30,125 nucleotides of DNA, taken from assembly GCA_040386535.1 (NCBI GenBank), contig JAZKFH010000085.1:1-30125 (forward strand), written 5' to 3'. Positions 1-8,053 of the stretch are shown here, piece after piece. The notes below the pieces were generated by a model. That model saw nothing but the letters and a program-made list of their open reading frames with translations. It had not been told where the DNA came from and searched no databases. The translations under genes and the position numbers were made by a program. The DNA is from Myxococcota bacterium (GTDB lineage: Bacteria > Myxococcota_A > UBA796 > SXON01). Positions within the stretch are counted from its first letter, which is position 1, and every line of letters begins with the position of its first letter.

Positions 1-152
1 GTCGCCCAAGATGGAATTTGGACGATCGCTTTTTCGCTAAGTCAGCGGCATTGGGGCATGACTGCCCGGCCGCCGCCGCGCCCCGCCCGCCCCGCCGCCG
101 CAGTGGCCGCGCGCCGCGCGCGGTCCAGCTGCCCAGCTCCGGATGCCCTGCC

Positions 153-1118
153 TCACTTCCTGCGCAGCTCCCGCACCATCTCCATCGGCACGCCCTGGTT
201 GAGCACCACCTGCTGCTGGATGCTCCGGCCCTGCCCGGACATCAGGGTGGCACGGACGAACCCTTCGTCGCATTGCGGGCACGCATGCAGGCGCAGCACG
301 ATGCGCGAGTCGAGCTTGTTCGGCTTGTCCCCGCCCGGCGCGTCCTTGCTCTCCTGCACGATGTTCCGCCACGTTTCGTGGTCGCCCACCTCGCCCGCCG
401 CCGCGAGCACGGACAACCACTTCAGGCCGCGCTGGAACGCGGCCTCGTGCTGCTGCGCCCAGTCCTCCTTCGAGATGCCGGAGAGCATGCCCCGTGCCTT
501 GAGCCCCGCGGGGAGCACTCCGAGGGCGTGCCCGCGGTAGTAGCGGGCGCACGGCTCACAATAGGGCGACTGGCGGAGGATGAGCGGAATGAGCGCGCCG
601 CCGCCCACGAATCCGACGACCTCGCCCAGGCGGAGCAGGTAGCCGACCCAGCCGAGCGGCTCGCCGACCTCGCCGCGCTCCTCCCACACGAACGCGCGCG
701 TCACCTCGTCGAAATAGGCGAGGAACCCGATGTCCGCGGGGGTCAGGCCCACCGCGTCGATCTGGACGAGGTAGTCGAGGAACTGCGCCGCGAGGTAGGC
801 GCCGAACGAGAGCGCGGCCACGATGGCCGCCACCCGCCCGGTGAGCTTGCACCCGCCGAACCACGAGCCGAGCGCGTAGCCCGACGTGGCCGCGAACCCG
901 ACGATGAGCGCGCCCGCCGGGATGATGAAGTTGACGTACCACCCCATCGGGTACGTGCCCTGGGTGCCGAGCCATTGCACGAACAGCAGGGTCAGGAACG
1001 TGGTGAGCAGGCCGCTGCCGAGCACGACGACGATCGAGCGGGCCGGCGGGCCCGAGATGGGAAGCGGGGCGAACACGTTGGCAGGCTCGGACACAGGTGG
1101 GGACACAGGTGCGGACAC
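153..1118 (-). CDS. Hypothetical membrane protein: about 4 TM helices plus a C-terminal region with two CxxC motifs
   Basis: This is the 3' part of ORF 153..1769(-); the 5' part overlaps the SRAP gene in another frame. It has hydrophobic helices (IVVVLGSGLLTTFLTLLFV, WYVNFIIPAGALIVGFAA) and the motifs YCEPC and HACPQC. The start is uncertain (GTG at 1118, 1106 or 1094). A TGcTACCGT -10-like motif lies upstream at about 1139-1147. Confidence 0.7.
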   Translation of the reverse strand: MSAPVSPPVSEPANVFAPLPISGPPARSIVVVLGSGLLTTFLTLLFVQWLGTQGTYPMGWYVNFIIPAGALIVGFAATSGYALGSWFGGCKLTGRVAAIVAALSFGAYLAAQFLDYLVQIDAVGLTPADIGFLAYFDEVTRAFVWEERGEVGEPLGWVGYLLRLGEVVGFVGGGALIPLILRQSPYCEPCARYYRGHALGVLPAGLKARGMLSGISKEDWAQQHEAAFQRGLKWLSVLAAAGEVGDHETWRNIVQESKDAPGGDKPNKLDSRIVLRLHACPQCDEGFVRATLMSGQGRSIQQQVVLNQGVPMEMVRELRRK

Positions 1119-1170
1119 GCGCGCTCCAGGGCGGGCCGACGGTAGCAGAGCGGGCCCGGGCTGTCCCGGA

Positions 1171-1911
1171 TCAGTCGAGGATCGCGCAGCCCTCGGGGGT
1201 GTCGACGCGCACGTTTCCCATCGCGGGGTTGACGCGCCGGGCGTCGAGCAGCGCGTCCGGCGCGGGGCGCACGAGCCCGCGGACCTCGACGCGCTCGTCC
1301 AGCCAGGCGTCGATCTCCGCGTCGTCCGCGAGCACCACGGGCATGCGATCGTGCACCTGGACCGTGACCGCGTTGGGCGTGGTCGTGAGCACCGCGTAGG
1401 TGACGAGGCTCCCCTCCGCTTCGAGCAGGCGCAGCCAGGGCGGGAGCTCGCGCCCCTTGTCCTTCGCGGCCTGCACCGCCTCGGCCACGTTGGCGGGATC
1501 GGGCCGCCAACGTGAACAGATCCCCGCCAACGCCATGGGTTTGCGGTCGGTGCGCGCGAACAGGTAGGGTTGTTTGCCCTCGGGCCCCGTGGCCCACTCG
1601 TAGAAGCCGGTGGCGGGCACCACGCAGCGCCCGCGGGCGAACGCGCCCTTGAACAGGGCGCTGGACGCCACGGTCTCTCCCACCGCGTTGATCGGGCGCG
1701 ACTTGGGTTTGGTCGACCTCTCCCAGTAGGGCACGAACCCCCAGCTCGCCCACCGCGCCTGCCGGTCACCGCGGGGCCCGGAGATCACGGGCGCAAGATC
1801 GGTCGGCGCGAGGTTGTAGCGGGGCCGGTAGTCGGCGAGCGCGAGCGTGGAGAGGTCGAACACCCGCACGATCTCGCTCCAGTCCGAATCGAGTTTGGCG
1901 CGTCCACACAT
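1171..1911 (-). CDS. SOS response-associated peptidase (SRAP; HMCES/YedK family, abasic-site protection)
   Basis: Begins MCGR (catalytic Cys2) and contains the family motifs PRYNLAPT, WGFVPYW, INA, RCVVPATGFYEW and VHDRMPV. Confidence 0.95.
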   Translation of the reverse strand: MCGRAKLDSDWSEIVRVFDLSTLALADYRPRYNLAPTDLAPVISGPRGDRQARWASWGFVPYWERSTKPKSRPINAVGETVASSALFKGAFARGRCVVPATGFYEWATGPEGKQPYLFARTDRKPMALAGICSRWRPDPANVAEAVQAAKDKGRELPPWLRLLEAEGSLVTYAVLTTTPNAVTVQVHDRMPVVLADDAEIDAWLDERVEVRGLVRPAPDALLDARRVNPAMGNVRVDTPEGCAILD

Positions 1912-1953
1912 GGGGGGAAGTTATCCGCGGGACGGGGATGTCACCACGCGAAA

Positions 1954-2805
1954 TCAGAGGCCGAACCGCTCCCCCTCCACCGCGACGTGACACCCCGCCC
2001 GTGTCACCGCTTCGGCCTCCGGCGACGTTGGATCCAACACCGGGTTGGTGTGGTTGAGGTGGGTGAAACGCACCTTGGCACGCTCCGCCGCGGGGAGGGC
2101 GGCGAGGCGGGCGAGGGTGTCCGCGATGCGGGGGTGGGGCACCTCGTGCATGTCGCGGCCGAGCTCGCCGTCAGTCCAGAAGGTGCCGTCGATCCAGGCG
2201 GCGTCGACGGTGGCGAGCACGTGTTCGAGGGGCAGGGCCCACTGGTCCCAGCGGTCGATGTCGGGGAGGTAGAGCACCGCGCCGGTCGGCCCCTGGATAC
2301 GCCACGCGACGGTCTCGCTGTACTCGTCGCGGTGGGGCACCACGAGCGCGGTGGCGGCCAGGCGCGCGTTGAGACGGACCTCGGCGCCGGGCACGAGGCG
2401 CACGTTTCCGAGCGCCACGAGTTGGCTCCACGGACCGTTGTCGCGGAGGAAGCCGGCGAGCCGCGGCATCAGGTAGAGCGGCACGTCGCGCGCGCCGAGC
2501 ACCTCGCGGCCGAGGAACATGAGGCCGGTGTAGTGGCCCATGTGGGCGTGGGTGAGGAGGACGCCGTCGAGGACCGGGCGGCCCTCCGCGCGCGGCGCCA
2601 CCGCGTCGAGGCGGCGGAGCTGCTCGGGGAAAGCCGGGGTGGCGTCGAGCAGCCAGCGCTCCTGGCTCTCGGGGTCGACAAGGGCCAACGACGAGGGCAG
2701 GTGGCCGTTCCCAGGCGCGAGGCCGCGACAGCACGGGCGGGTGCAGCCGGCCTGGGGGTGGCCCCCGTCCTGGGCGACGCCGAGCACGTACACGAACGGG
2801 GTCAT
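1954..2805 (-). CDS. MBL-fold metallo-hydrolase, PqqB-like
   Basis: Motifs LGVAQDGGHPQAGC..CC, LLDATP, LTHAHMGHYTGL, VPHRDEYSET, YLPDID, IDGTFW and FTHLNHTNP. No other pqq genes are in the window. Confidence 0.85.
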   Translation of the reverse strand: MTPFVYVLGVAQDGGHPQAGCTRPCCRGLAPGNGHLPSSLALVDPESQERWLLDATPAFPEQLRRLDAVAPRAEGRPVLDGVLLTHAHMGHYTGLMFLGREVLGARDVPLYLMPRLAGFLRDNGPWSQLVALGNVRLVPGAEVRLNARLAATALVVPHRDEYSETVAWRIQGPTGAVLYLPDIDRWDQWALPLEHVLATVDAAWIDGTFWTDGELGRDMHEVPHPRIADTLARLAALPAAERAKVRFTHLNHTNPVLDPTSPEAEAVTRAGCHVAVEGERFGL

Positions 2806-2811
2806 GGCGCG

Positions 2812-2836
2812 AGTGTAACGGACGCGGTGCTACGCT
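2812..2836. promoter_or_regulatory. Back-to-back -10 elements of divergent, probably leaderless promoters (PqqB-like gene and tetR)
   Basis: Minus-strand TACACT (2817-2812) and plus-strand TGcTACGCT (2828-2836) each lie exactly 6 nt before the respective ATG. Neither gene has a Shine-Dalgarno sequence. Confidence 0.6.
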
Positions 2837-2842
2837 CGCCCG

Positions 2843-3403
2843 ATGACCGACGCCCGCTCCCGCCTCCTCGACGCCGCCCTCCCCCTCGTGCTCGAACGTG
2901 GGCCCCACGCCGTCACCCTCGCCGAGATCGCCGCGTCCGCGCAGGTGCCCGTCGGGGACGCGGCGGTCTTGTTCGCCACCCCCGAGGCCCTCGCCAACGA
3001 GCTGTACCGCTCCTGGAAGGGGGAGCTGGCGCGCGCAATCCTCGGCGAGTTCCCCATCGCCGCCGAGCCGCGCGAGCAGTTCCGCGTCTTCTGGTACCGC
3101 GCGTGTGACTTCGGCCGCCAACTGCCACACGTCACCGCGTTCCTCCGGCGCGCGAGCCACGCCTCCTGGCTCGACGAGCAGAGCCGCACGCTCGAGGACC
3201 AGGTGCACGGACTGCTCGTCGGCGCGCTCGCGCGGTGGCGGGCCGAGAGGCGCGTGCGCGACGAGAGCCCCGAGCTGCTCGGCGGGCTCGTCCTCGGCGC
3301 CTACGATGGCGTCTTCGAGTCGTGCCGGCGCGGCTACTTCGTGTTCACGGACGAGGTGGCGGCGTCGAGCGAGCGGATGATCTGGGACGCGATTCGGGGG
3401 TGA
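2843..3403 (+). CDS. TetR/AcrR family transcriptional regulator
   Basis: N-terminal HTH-like segment [34 protein letters not shown]; 186 aa; C-terminus [10 protein letters not shown]. Confidence 0.8.
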   Translation: MTDARSRLLDAALPLVLERGPHAVTLAEIAASAQVPVGDAAVLFATPEALANELYRSWKGELARAILGEFPIAAEPREQFRVFWYRACDFGRQLPHVTAFLRRASHASWLDEQSRTLEDQVHGLLVGALARWRAERRVRDESPELLGGLVLGAYDGVFESCRRGYFVFTDEVAASSERMIWDAIRG

Positions 3404-3450
3404 GGGTCGGTGTCGTGGGGGCTTTCGCGCCCTTGGCGCAGGACCCCCTC
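3401..3450. terminator. Possible bidirectional stem-loop between the convergent tetR and ohrR genes
   Basis: Imperfect hairpin gggtc..gtgtcg..gggc-tttcgc-gccc..tggcgc..gaccc. There is no strong U-tract. Confidence 0.3.
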
Positions 3451-3455
3451 CAAAA

Positions 3456-3932
3456 TCAGCCCCCCGCCAGCCGCCCCGTCAACGCGGCGAGCGTGTCGCG
3501 GAGCGCGACGAGGCGCTCCGGCTCCTCGCCCGAGCGGCAGAGGAGCGCCTCGGGCACGCCGGCCGCGCGGGTGGCCAGCGCGCGTCCCGCCTCCGTGAGG
3601 CCCACGCGGACGGCGCGCTGGTCGGCGCGATCGCGGGTGCGCGTCGTGAAGCCCGCCGCCTCCAGCCGCTTGAGGAGCGGCGTGAGCGTGGCCGAGTCGA
3701 GGTGGAGGCGCGCGCCGATGTCCCGCACGGTGAGGGAGGCGCCCGTGTCGTCGGCCTCCCAGAGCACGAGCATCGCGAGGTACTGCGGGTAGGTGAGCCC
3801 GAGCGCGTCGAGGACGGGACCGTACGCGCGCACCACGAGCCGGCTCGCGGCGTAGAGCGCGAAGCAGAGCTGGTCGTCGAGGCGCGGCGCGCTCAGGGCC
3901 CACGGCCCAGGGTCAGCCTCGGTGCTGGACAT
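3456..3932 (-). CDS. ohrR: MarR family organic-hydroperoxide sensor (OhrR/OspR-like, probably 2-Cys type)
   Basis: Contains [14 protein letters not shown] (sensor Cys), [30 protein letters not shown] and [10 protein letters not shown], with a second Cys in ALLCRSG. ATG at 3932, directly downstream of gpx. Confidence 0.9.
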   Translation of the reverse strand: MSSTEADPGPWALSAPRLDDQLCFALYAASRLVVRAYGPVLDALGLTYPQYLAMLVLWEADDTGASLTVRDIGARLHLDSATLTPLLKRLEAAGFTTRTRDRADQRAVRVGLTEAGRALATRAAGVPEALLCRSGEEPERLVALRDTLAALTGRLAGG

Positions 3933-3949
3933 TGTTTCGGGGCGGACCC

Positions 3950-4438
3950 TCACGTCGCCAGCGCCTCGCGCACCTTGGGCGCGATCGCCTCGGGGGTCTC
4001 CGTGGGGCCGAAGCGCCGCAGCACCGCGCCGTCGCGCCCGACGAGGAACTTGGTAAAGTTCCACTTGATCCCCTCGGTGCCGAGCAAGCCGGGGGCGGCG
4101 CGCTTGAGCGTCTGGAAGAGGGGGTGCGTGTGTTCGCCGTTCACGTCGGTCTTCTCGAACATCGGGAAGGTCACGCCGTAGTTCGCGGTGCAGAACGCGC
4201 CGATCTCGTCCGCGCTGCCGGGCTCCTGGTTCCCGAACTGGTCGCACGGGAAGCCGAGGATCACCAGCCCCGCGTCCGCGAGCTCCTTGTGGAGCGCCTC
4301 GAGCCCCTCGTACTGCGGGGTCAGCCCGCACTTGCTCGCGGTGTTGACGACCATGAGGACCTTGCCCTCGTACCGGGCCAACGTCGTCTCCTCGCCCCGG
4401 AGCGTACGGAGCGGGGTGTTCCAGTCGATGTGTTCCAT
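3950..4438 (-). CDS. gpx: Glutathione peroxidase family protein (Cys-type, probably thioredoxin-dependent)
   Basis: Motifs VNTASKCGLTPQY, LGFPCDQFGNQEPG, FCTANYGVTFPMFEK and IKWNFTKFL. A GGAGG SD lies 5 nt before ATG 4438. Confidence 0.95.
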   Translation of the reverse strand: MEHIDWNTPLRTLRGEETTLARYEGKVLMVVNTASKCGLTPQYEGLEALHKELADAGLVILGFPCDQFGNQEPGSADEIGAFCTANYGVTFPMFEKTDVNGEHTHPLFQTLKRAAPGLLGTEGIKWNFTKFLVGRDGAVLRRFGPTETPEAIAPKVREALAT

Positions 4439-4461
4439 GTGGACCTCCGCGCGACATATAC

Positions 4462-4488
4462 ATCGTGTGCGATTGAATCGCACGCGAA
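4462..4488. promoter_or_regulatory. Putative OhrR/OspR operator (inverted repeat)
   Basis: ATCGTGTGCGATT-G-AATCGCACGCGAA is a near-perfect 13-bp-arm dyad just upstream of gpx-ohrR. It resembles the ATT-N-AAT-centred OhrR boxes. Confidence 0.7.
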
Positions 4489-4529
4489 TTGTGGCTTGGA
4501 TCCGTCCGGGGCGCGCCGCCCCCCTGTCT

Positions 4530-5744
4530 TCACCGGAGGCGGACGAGGTGCGCCACGTTCGCTTCGTACATCGGGAGCTTCGTCACGACCGCGTCCCCTT
4601 CCACCCAGTCCGCGCGGTACAGGACACGCTCCACGCCGACCTCCGTGAAGTACAGGTCGTGTCCCCACTGGAAGAACCGGCCCGGCACGTAGTCCGCGCC
4701 CAGGTCCGAGCTGACCGCCCCGTCGTGCATAAGGTGGACGCTCTCGCCCTCGGCTTCGTAGGCGATGCCGTCGGGGTGGAGCGGGCTCTCGAACCGGAAG
4801 GAGGTGCGCTGGAGCGCGGCCTTCTCGTCGTCGGAGACCACCTGGCAGTCGAGGTCGAGCGCGCACCGGCAGTAGCTGGGCGGCACGTCGGGGGCGCCGT
4901 CCCACTGGGTCCCGATCTTCACGATGAGGTTCGGCCCGTCGCTCATCATCCGCGTGCTGCTGTCGGAGAGGTACGTCGCGCAGTACGGGTCGCCCGCCAT
5001 CACGTCGCGGAGCTGCACGATCCCCTCCGCGCCGCGGAACAGCGCGTACTCCCACTCGTCCACGAACTGGTACGGCCCCCACCGCGTCGCGCTCGGCGTG
5101 GCCGCGAGGGCATCGACGGACAGCCCGCCGTCGAGCGTCCAGTAGGCGTTCTCGATGAGGAGCCCGCCCTCCACGGCCCGACCGAGGCTCGTCACGCCCA
5201 CCCCGGTGACGAACGCGCCGACGCCGTCGCGGTGGCCCCACACCTCGTAGAACTGCTCGTTCTCCGCGTGCTCGATCTTCCAGAGCACCCAAACGTCGGT
5301 CTCGTCATAGGCGCTCACCTCGATGGGGAGCTCGTCGCTCACCGGGGGGACGTCGGGGTCGGACTCGACGGTGCGCGCGATGCAGCGCACCGGCGCGGTG
5401 TCGCCCGCGTCGAGCGGGATGTCGAGCAGCGTGCACCACTGCCCGCCGGCGTCGCCTTGCACCCACATTGGCGTCGTGAGCTGGGCGTAGGCGTGGGTCT
5501 CCGTGGTGACGAACCAGGCGAGCAGCGCTTCCGCGGGCAACACCGGCTCGAGCGTGTCGTCGGCGAGCTGACGCTTCAGCACGTTCTCCCCCTCCAGCTG
5601 GATCAGCGCGACCGCGCCGCCGAGCTGCGCGACAGTGCGCTCGGGCGTCTCCCCCGTCTCGCCGTCCGCGGGGGCGTCACACGCAGGCAGCCAGGCAATC
5701 GCGTTCGCCAGGAGAAAGGGGAGGAGATGGCGGGAGATGTTCAT
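4530..5744 (-). CDS. Hypothetical lipoprotein
   Basis: Begins MNISRHLLPFLLANAIAWLPAC (lipobox-like), with a GGAGG SD before ATG 5744. Acidic, beta-rich body; no family recognised. Confidence 0.65.
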   Translation of the reverse strand: MNISRHLLPFLLANAIAWLPACDAPADGETGETPERTVAQLGGAVALIQLEGENVLKRQLADDTLEPVLPAEALLAWFVTTETHAYAQLTTPMWVQGDAGGQWCTLLDIPLDAGDTAPVRCIARTVESDPDVPPVSDELPIEVSAYDETDVWVLWKIEHAENEQFYEVWGHRDGVGAFVTGVGVTSLGRAVEGGLLIENAYWTLDGGLSVDALAATPSATRWGPYQFVDEWEYALFRGAEGIVQLRDVMAGDPYCATYLSDSSTRMMSDGPNLIVKIGTQWDGAPDVPPSYCRCALDLDCQVVSDDEKAALQRTSFRFESPLHPDGIAYEAEGESVHLMHDGAVSSDLGADYVPGRFFQWGHDLYFTEVGVERVLYRADWVEGDAVVTKLPMYEANVAHLVRLR

Positions 5745-5929
5745 GCCTCCCCGGTATTGTCGTGCGGTACGCCGCGTCCGCCGCGGGAGCGCAGGTATCC
5801 CCCCGCAGCGCCGCACCGACGCGTGCAGTGCCGCGCGCGTGCGTTCGCCGCGTGCGTGCGCACCCGCCAGGCGAACGCGAGCGGAAGCAGGACGGTGAAG
5901 GTAGGCTGCGCGTTCGCCCGGATCGGCCG

Positions 5930-7846
5930 ATGTTCGCCACGCTCTTCCTGTTCCTCGCCGCGTGCACCTCCGACGACAAGCAGGAGACCGGCGGAACGGA
6001 CACCGACGTGGCCGACACGGACGACACCGACGCGGACGACACCGACACGGACGACACCGACACGGACGACACCGACACGGACGACACCGACACGGACGGC
6101 ACCGACACCGAGACCGACGAATGCGGCCCGCTCGTCGCCTACGAGGGAGACGTGTACGCCACCGGATTCGGCGCCGCCGCCTCGCTCGAATCCTTCTGCG
6201 GCGGCTACAACGCGATCGCGGGAAACCTGACGCTCGACCGCACCGATCTGACCGATGTCACGGCGCTCGCGTGCCTGTGCGAGGTGAGCGGGGACGTGAT
6301 CCTCGCCGACAACTCCACGCTCGCCTCGCTCACGGGCCTGGAGTCGCTCACGATGGTCGGCGGGACCGTCTCGTTGGCCGGCTCGCCGCTGATGGTGGAC
6401 TTCACCGGGCTCGACGCGCTCAGGGACGTGGGGGCGCTCTCGCTGGTGGGAAGCAACCTCACGTCGCTCGACGGGCTGGAGGCGCTCACCTCGGCGGGCG
6501 CGCTCACGCTCACCAGCAACGAGAGCCTGGTGAGCCTGGCGGGGCTCTCGGGCCTCAGGCGGGTCGGCGGGGACGTGAGCCTCACCAACAACCGCTTCCT
6601 GCCGACGCTCGCGGGGCTGGAGCAGCTCACGGAGATCGACGGAAACCTGACCCTCTCGTCGGTCGACGCTCTTGTGGACATGCAGGGGCTCAACGGGCTG
6701 GAGACGGTCGGCGGGAACCTGCGGGTGGAGAGCCAGGATGCCCAGACCAGCTTCGACGGGCTCGACGCGCTCACCACGATCGGCGGCTCAATGATCTGGA
6801 ACTTCAACTCCCTGCTCTCGTCGAGCGCCGGGCTCGAGGCCCTCCGGTCCGTCGGGGGGTTGAACGTGATCAACAACTACTACCCGGGCGATTACGACTT
6901 CACCGGCTTCTCCGGACTCACGCACGTCGGGGGGGAGCTGAGCATCAACGAGCCGGCCGGCGTGACGGACTTCGCGGGCTTCGAGGGCGTCACCACCATC
7001 GACGGCGGCCTCATCCTGGTCGTCGCTGGGGGATCGACCGCCGCCGGCTTCGCGAACGTGACACACATCGGCGGCGACCTCTGGCTGAGCGGCATCCCGA
7101 GCTTCGCGGACCTCGGCGCGCTCGTGTACATCGGCGGCAAGCCGAACCCCATGATCCACGGGTACATGGGGCTGGAGGGCGTGACCACCATCGGCGGAGA
7201 GGTCGACTGCTACTACTACGGCTGCGTGGGCCTCAACTCCCTCGTGAGCGCCGGGTCCCTCTACGCCAGGTCGGCCAGGCCGACCGAGCTCTCGAGCCTC
7301 ACGACGGTGGTCGGCCGGGTCGCGATCCTCACTCCGACGGATCTGAGCGGGCTCAGCCGCTTGGAGACCATCGGCGGAGACCTCCAGCTCTACGACTCCT
7401 ACGGGTCGTCGCAGAGCCTGTCGGGCTTCACCGCGCTCCGGACGGTGGGGGGCGACATGTCGATCGAAGGGTTCTACTCGCTCACCTCCATCACCGGCTT
7501 CGCCTCGCTCGAGTCGGTCGGCGGGCTCCTGACTCTGACGAGCAACGGCGCGTTGAGCTCGAACACCGGCTTCGGCGCCCTGCGCAGCGTCGGCGGGCTG
7601 ACGGTCCACTCCAACTACGTGCTCGGCTACTCCACGGCGTTCACCACGCTCGACACCATCGATGGGGACCTCACCGTCGCCAACAACTGGGGCCTGGGGA
7701 GCGTGACCGACCTGCACAACGTCACCTCCGTCACCGGGGACTTCACGATGTGGGGCAACGACGAGCTCACCCAGGCCGAAGCCGAGGCCCTCCGCGATGC
7801 CATCGGCGTCGCCAACATCGGCGGCACGATCTCCATCACGGAGTGA
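5930..7846 (+). CDS. Lipoprotein with an acidic DT linker and receptor-L-domain/LRR-like solenoid repeats
   Basis: MFATLFLFLAAC lipobox and a (DDTDT)n linker, followed by about 20 repeats of the type LxxLxGLxxLxxVGGxLxxxxN. Confidence 0.8.
   Translation: MFATLFLFLAACTSDDKQETGGTDTDVADTDDTDADDTDTDDTDTDDTDTDDTDTDGTDTETDECGPLVAYEGDVYATGFGAAASLESFCGGYNAIAGNLTLDRTDLTDVTALACLCEVSGDVILADNSTLASLTGLESLTMVGGTVSLAGSPLMVDFTGLDALRDVGALSLVGSNLTSLDGLEALTSAGALTLTSNESLVSLAGLSGLRRVGGDVSLTNNRFLPTLAGLEQLTEIDGNLTLSSVDALVDMQGLNGLETVGGNLRVESQDAQTSFDGLDALTTIGGSMIWNFNSLLSSSAGLEALRSVGGLNVINNYYPGDYDFTGFSGLTHVGGELSINEPAGVTDFAGFEGVTTIDGGLILVVAGGSTAAGFANVTHIGGDLWLSGIPSFADLGALVYIGGKPNPMIHGYMGLEGVTTIGGEVDCYYYGCVGLNSLVSAGSLYARSARPTELSSLTTVVGRVAILTPTDLSGLSRLETIGGDLQLYDSYGSSQSLSGFTALRTVGGDMSIEGFYSLTSITGFASLESVGGLLTLTSNGALSSNTGFGALRSVGGLTVHSNYVLGYSTAFTTLDTIDGDLTVANNWGLGSVTDLHNVTSVTGDFTMWGNDELTQAEAEALRDAIGVANIGGTISITE
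6020..6109 (+). repeat. 15-bp coding tandem repeat (GACGACACCGACACG), about 6 copies
   Basis: Four perfect copies (6035-6094) plus two variant flanking copies; encodes DDTDT. Confidence 0.9.
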
Positions 7847-7869
7847 CACGCGCCCCCCCCGCCCTCGCG

Positions 7870-7878
7870 TGCTACCGT
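7870..7878 (+). promoter_or_regulatory. Extended -10 promoter for the retron-like ncRNA/RT
   Basis: TGcTACCGT. Applying the 6-nt spacer seen at the leaderless genes puts +1 at G7885, the first base of the 5' inverted repeat. Confidence 0.6.
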
Positions 7879-7884
7879 TCCCCC

Positions 7885-8053
7885 GTGGTCCAGGCGTCCC
7901 GAGCTGGTGATGGTCGTGCCTTCGGGCACGCCGTGCCTCTCCGGGGTTACCCCGGGGATCTCGTTCGACCTCCCCGATTCGTCACGTGACCCGTGCCGCG
8001 CCCAAACGCGATGCCGGTCACGCAGCACAGGACTCGTCGGGGCGCCCGGCCAC
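7885..8053 (+). ncRNA. Putative retron msr-msd RNA
   Basis: 5' arm GTGGTCCAGGCGTCCCGA (7885-7902) pairs with 3' arm TCGGGGCGCCCGGCCAC (8037-8053). Candidate branch G7903 is in an AGC context. Hairpin 1 is CGTGCC-TTCG-GGCACG (7915-7930); hairpin 2 is TCTCCGGGG-TTA-CCCCGGGGA (7938-7958). The msd-like stem is CGTGACC/GGTCACG (7985-8022). The region lies immediately upstream of, or overlapping, the RT gene. Confidence 0.75.

Noticed and set aside
1089..1118. 12-bp tandem repeat (GGACACAGGTGN, about 2.5 copies)
   Set aside because: It is short and probably encodes a low-complexity N-terminus (VSAP-VSPP-VSEP); there is no evidence of a function.
1954..2805. PQQ biosynthesis cluster
   Set aside because: No pqqA, C, D or E genes are in the window; stand-alone PqqB-like MBL hydrolases are widespread.
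5841..5878. GCGTTCGCC/GGCGAACGC hairpin in a divergent intergenic region
   Set aside because: A 9-bp GC-rich stem can arise by chance at this composition, and nothing else supports it.
6020..6109. CRISPR array
   Set aside because: The repeats are contiguous, spacer-less and in-frame coding.
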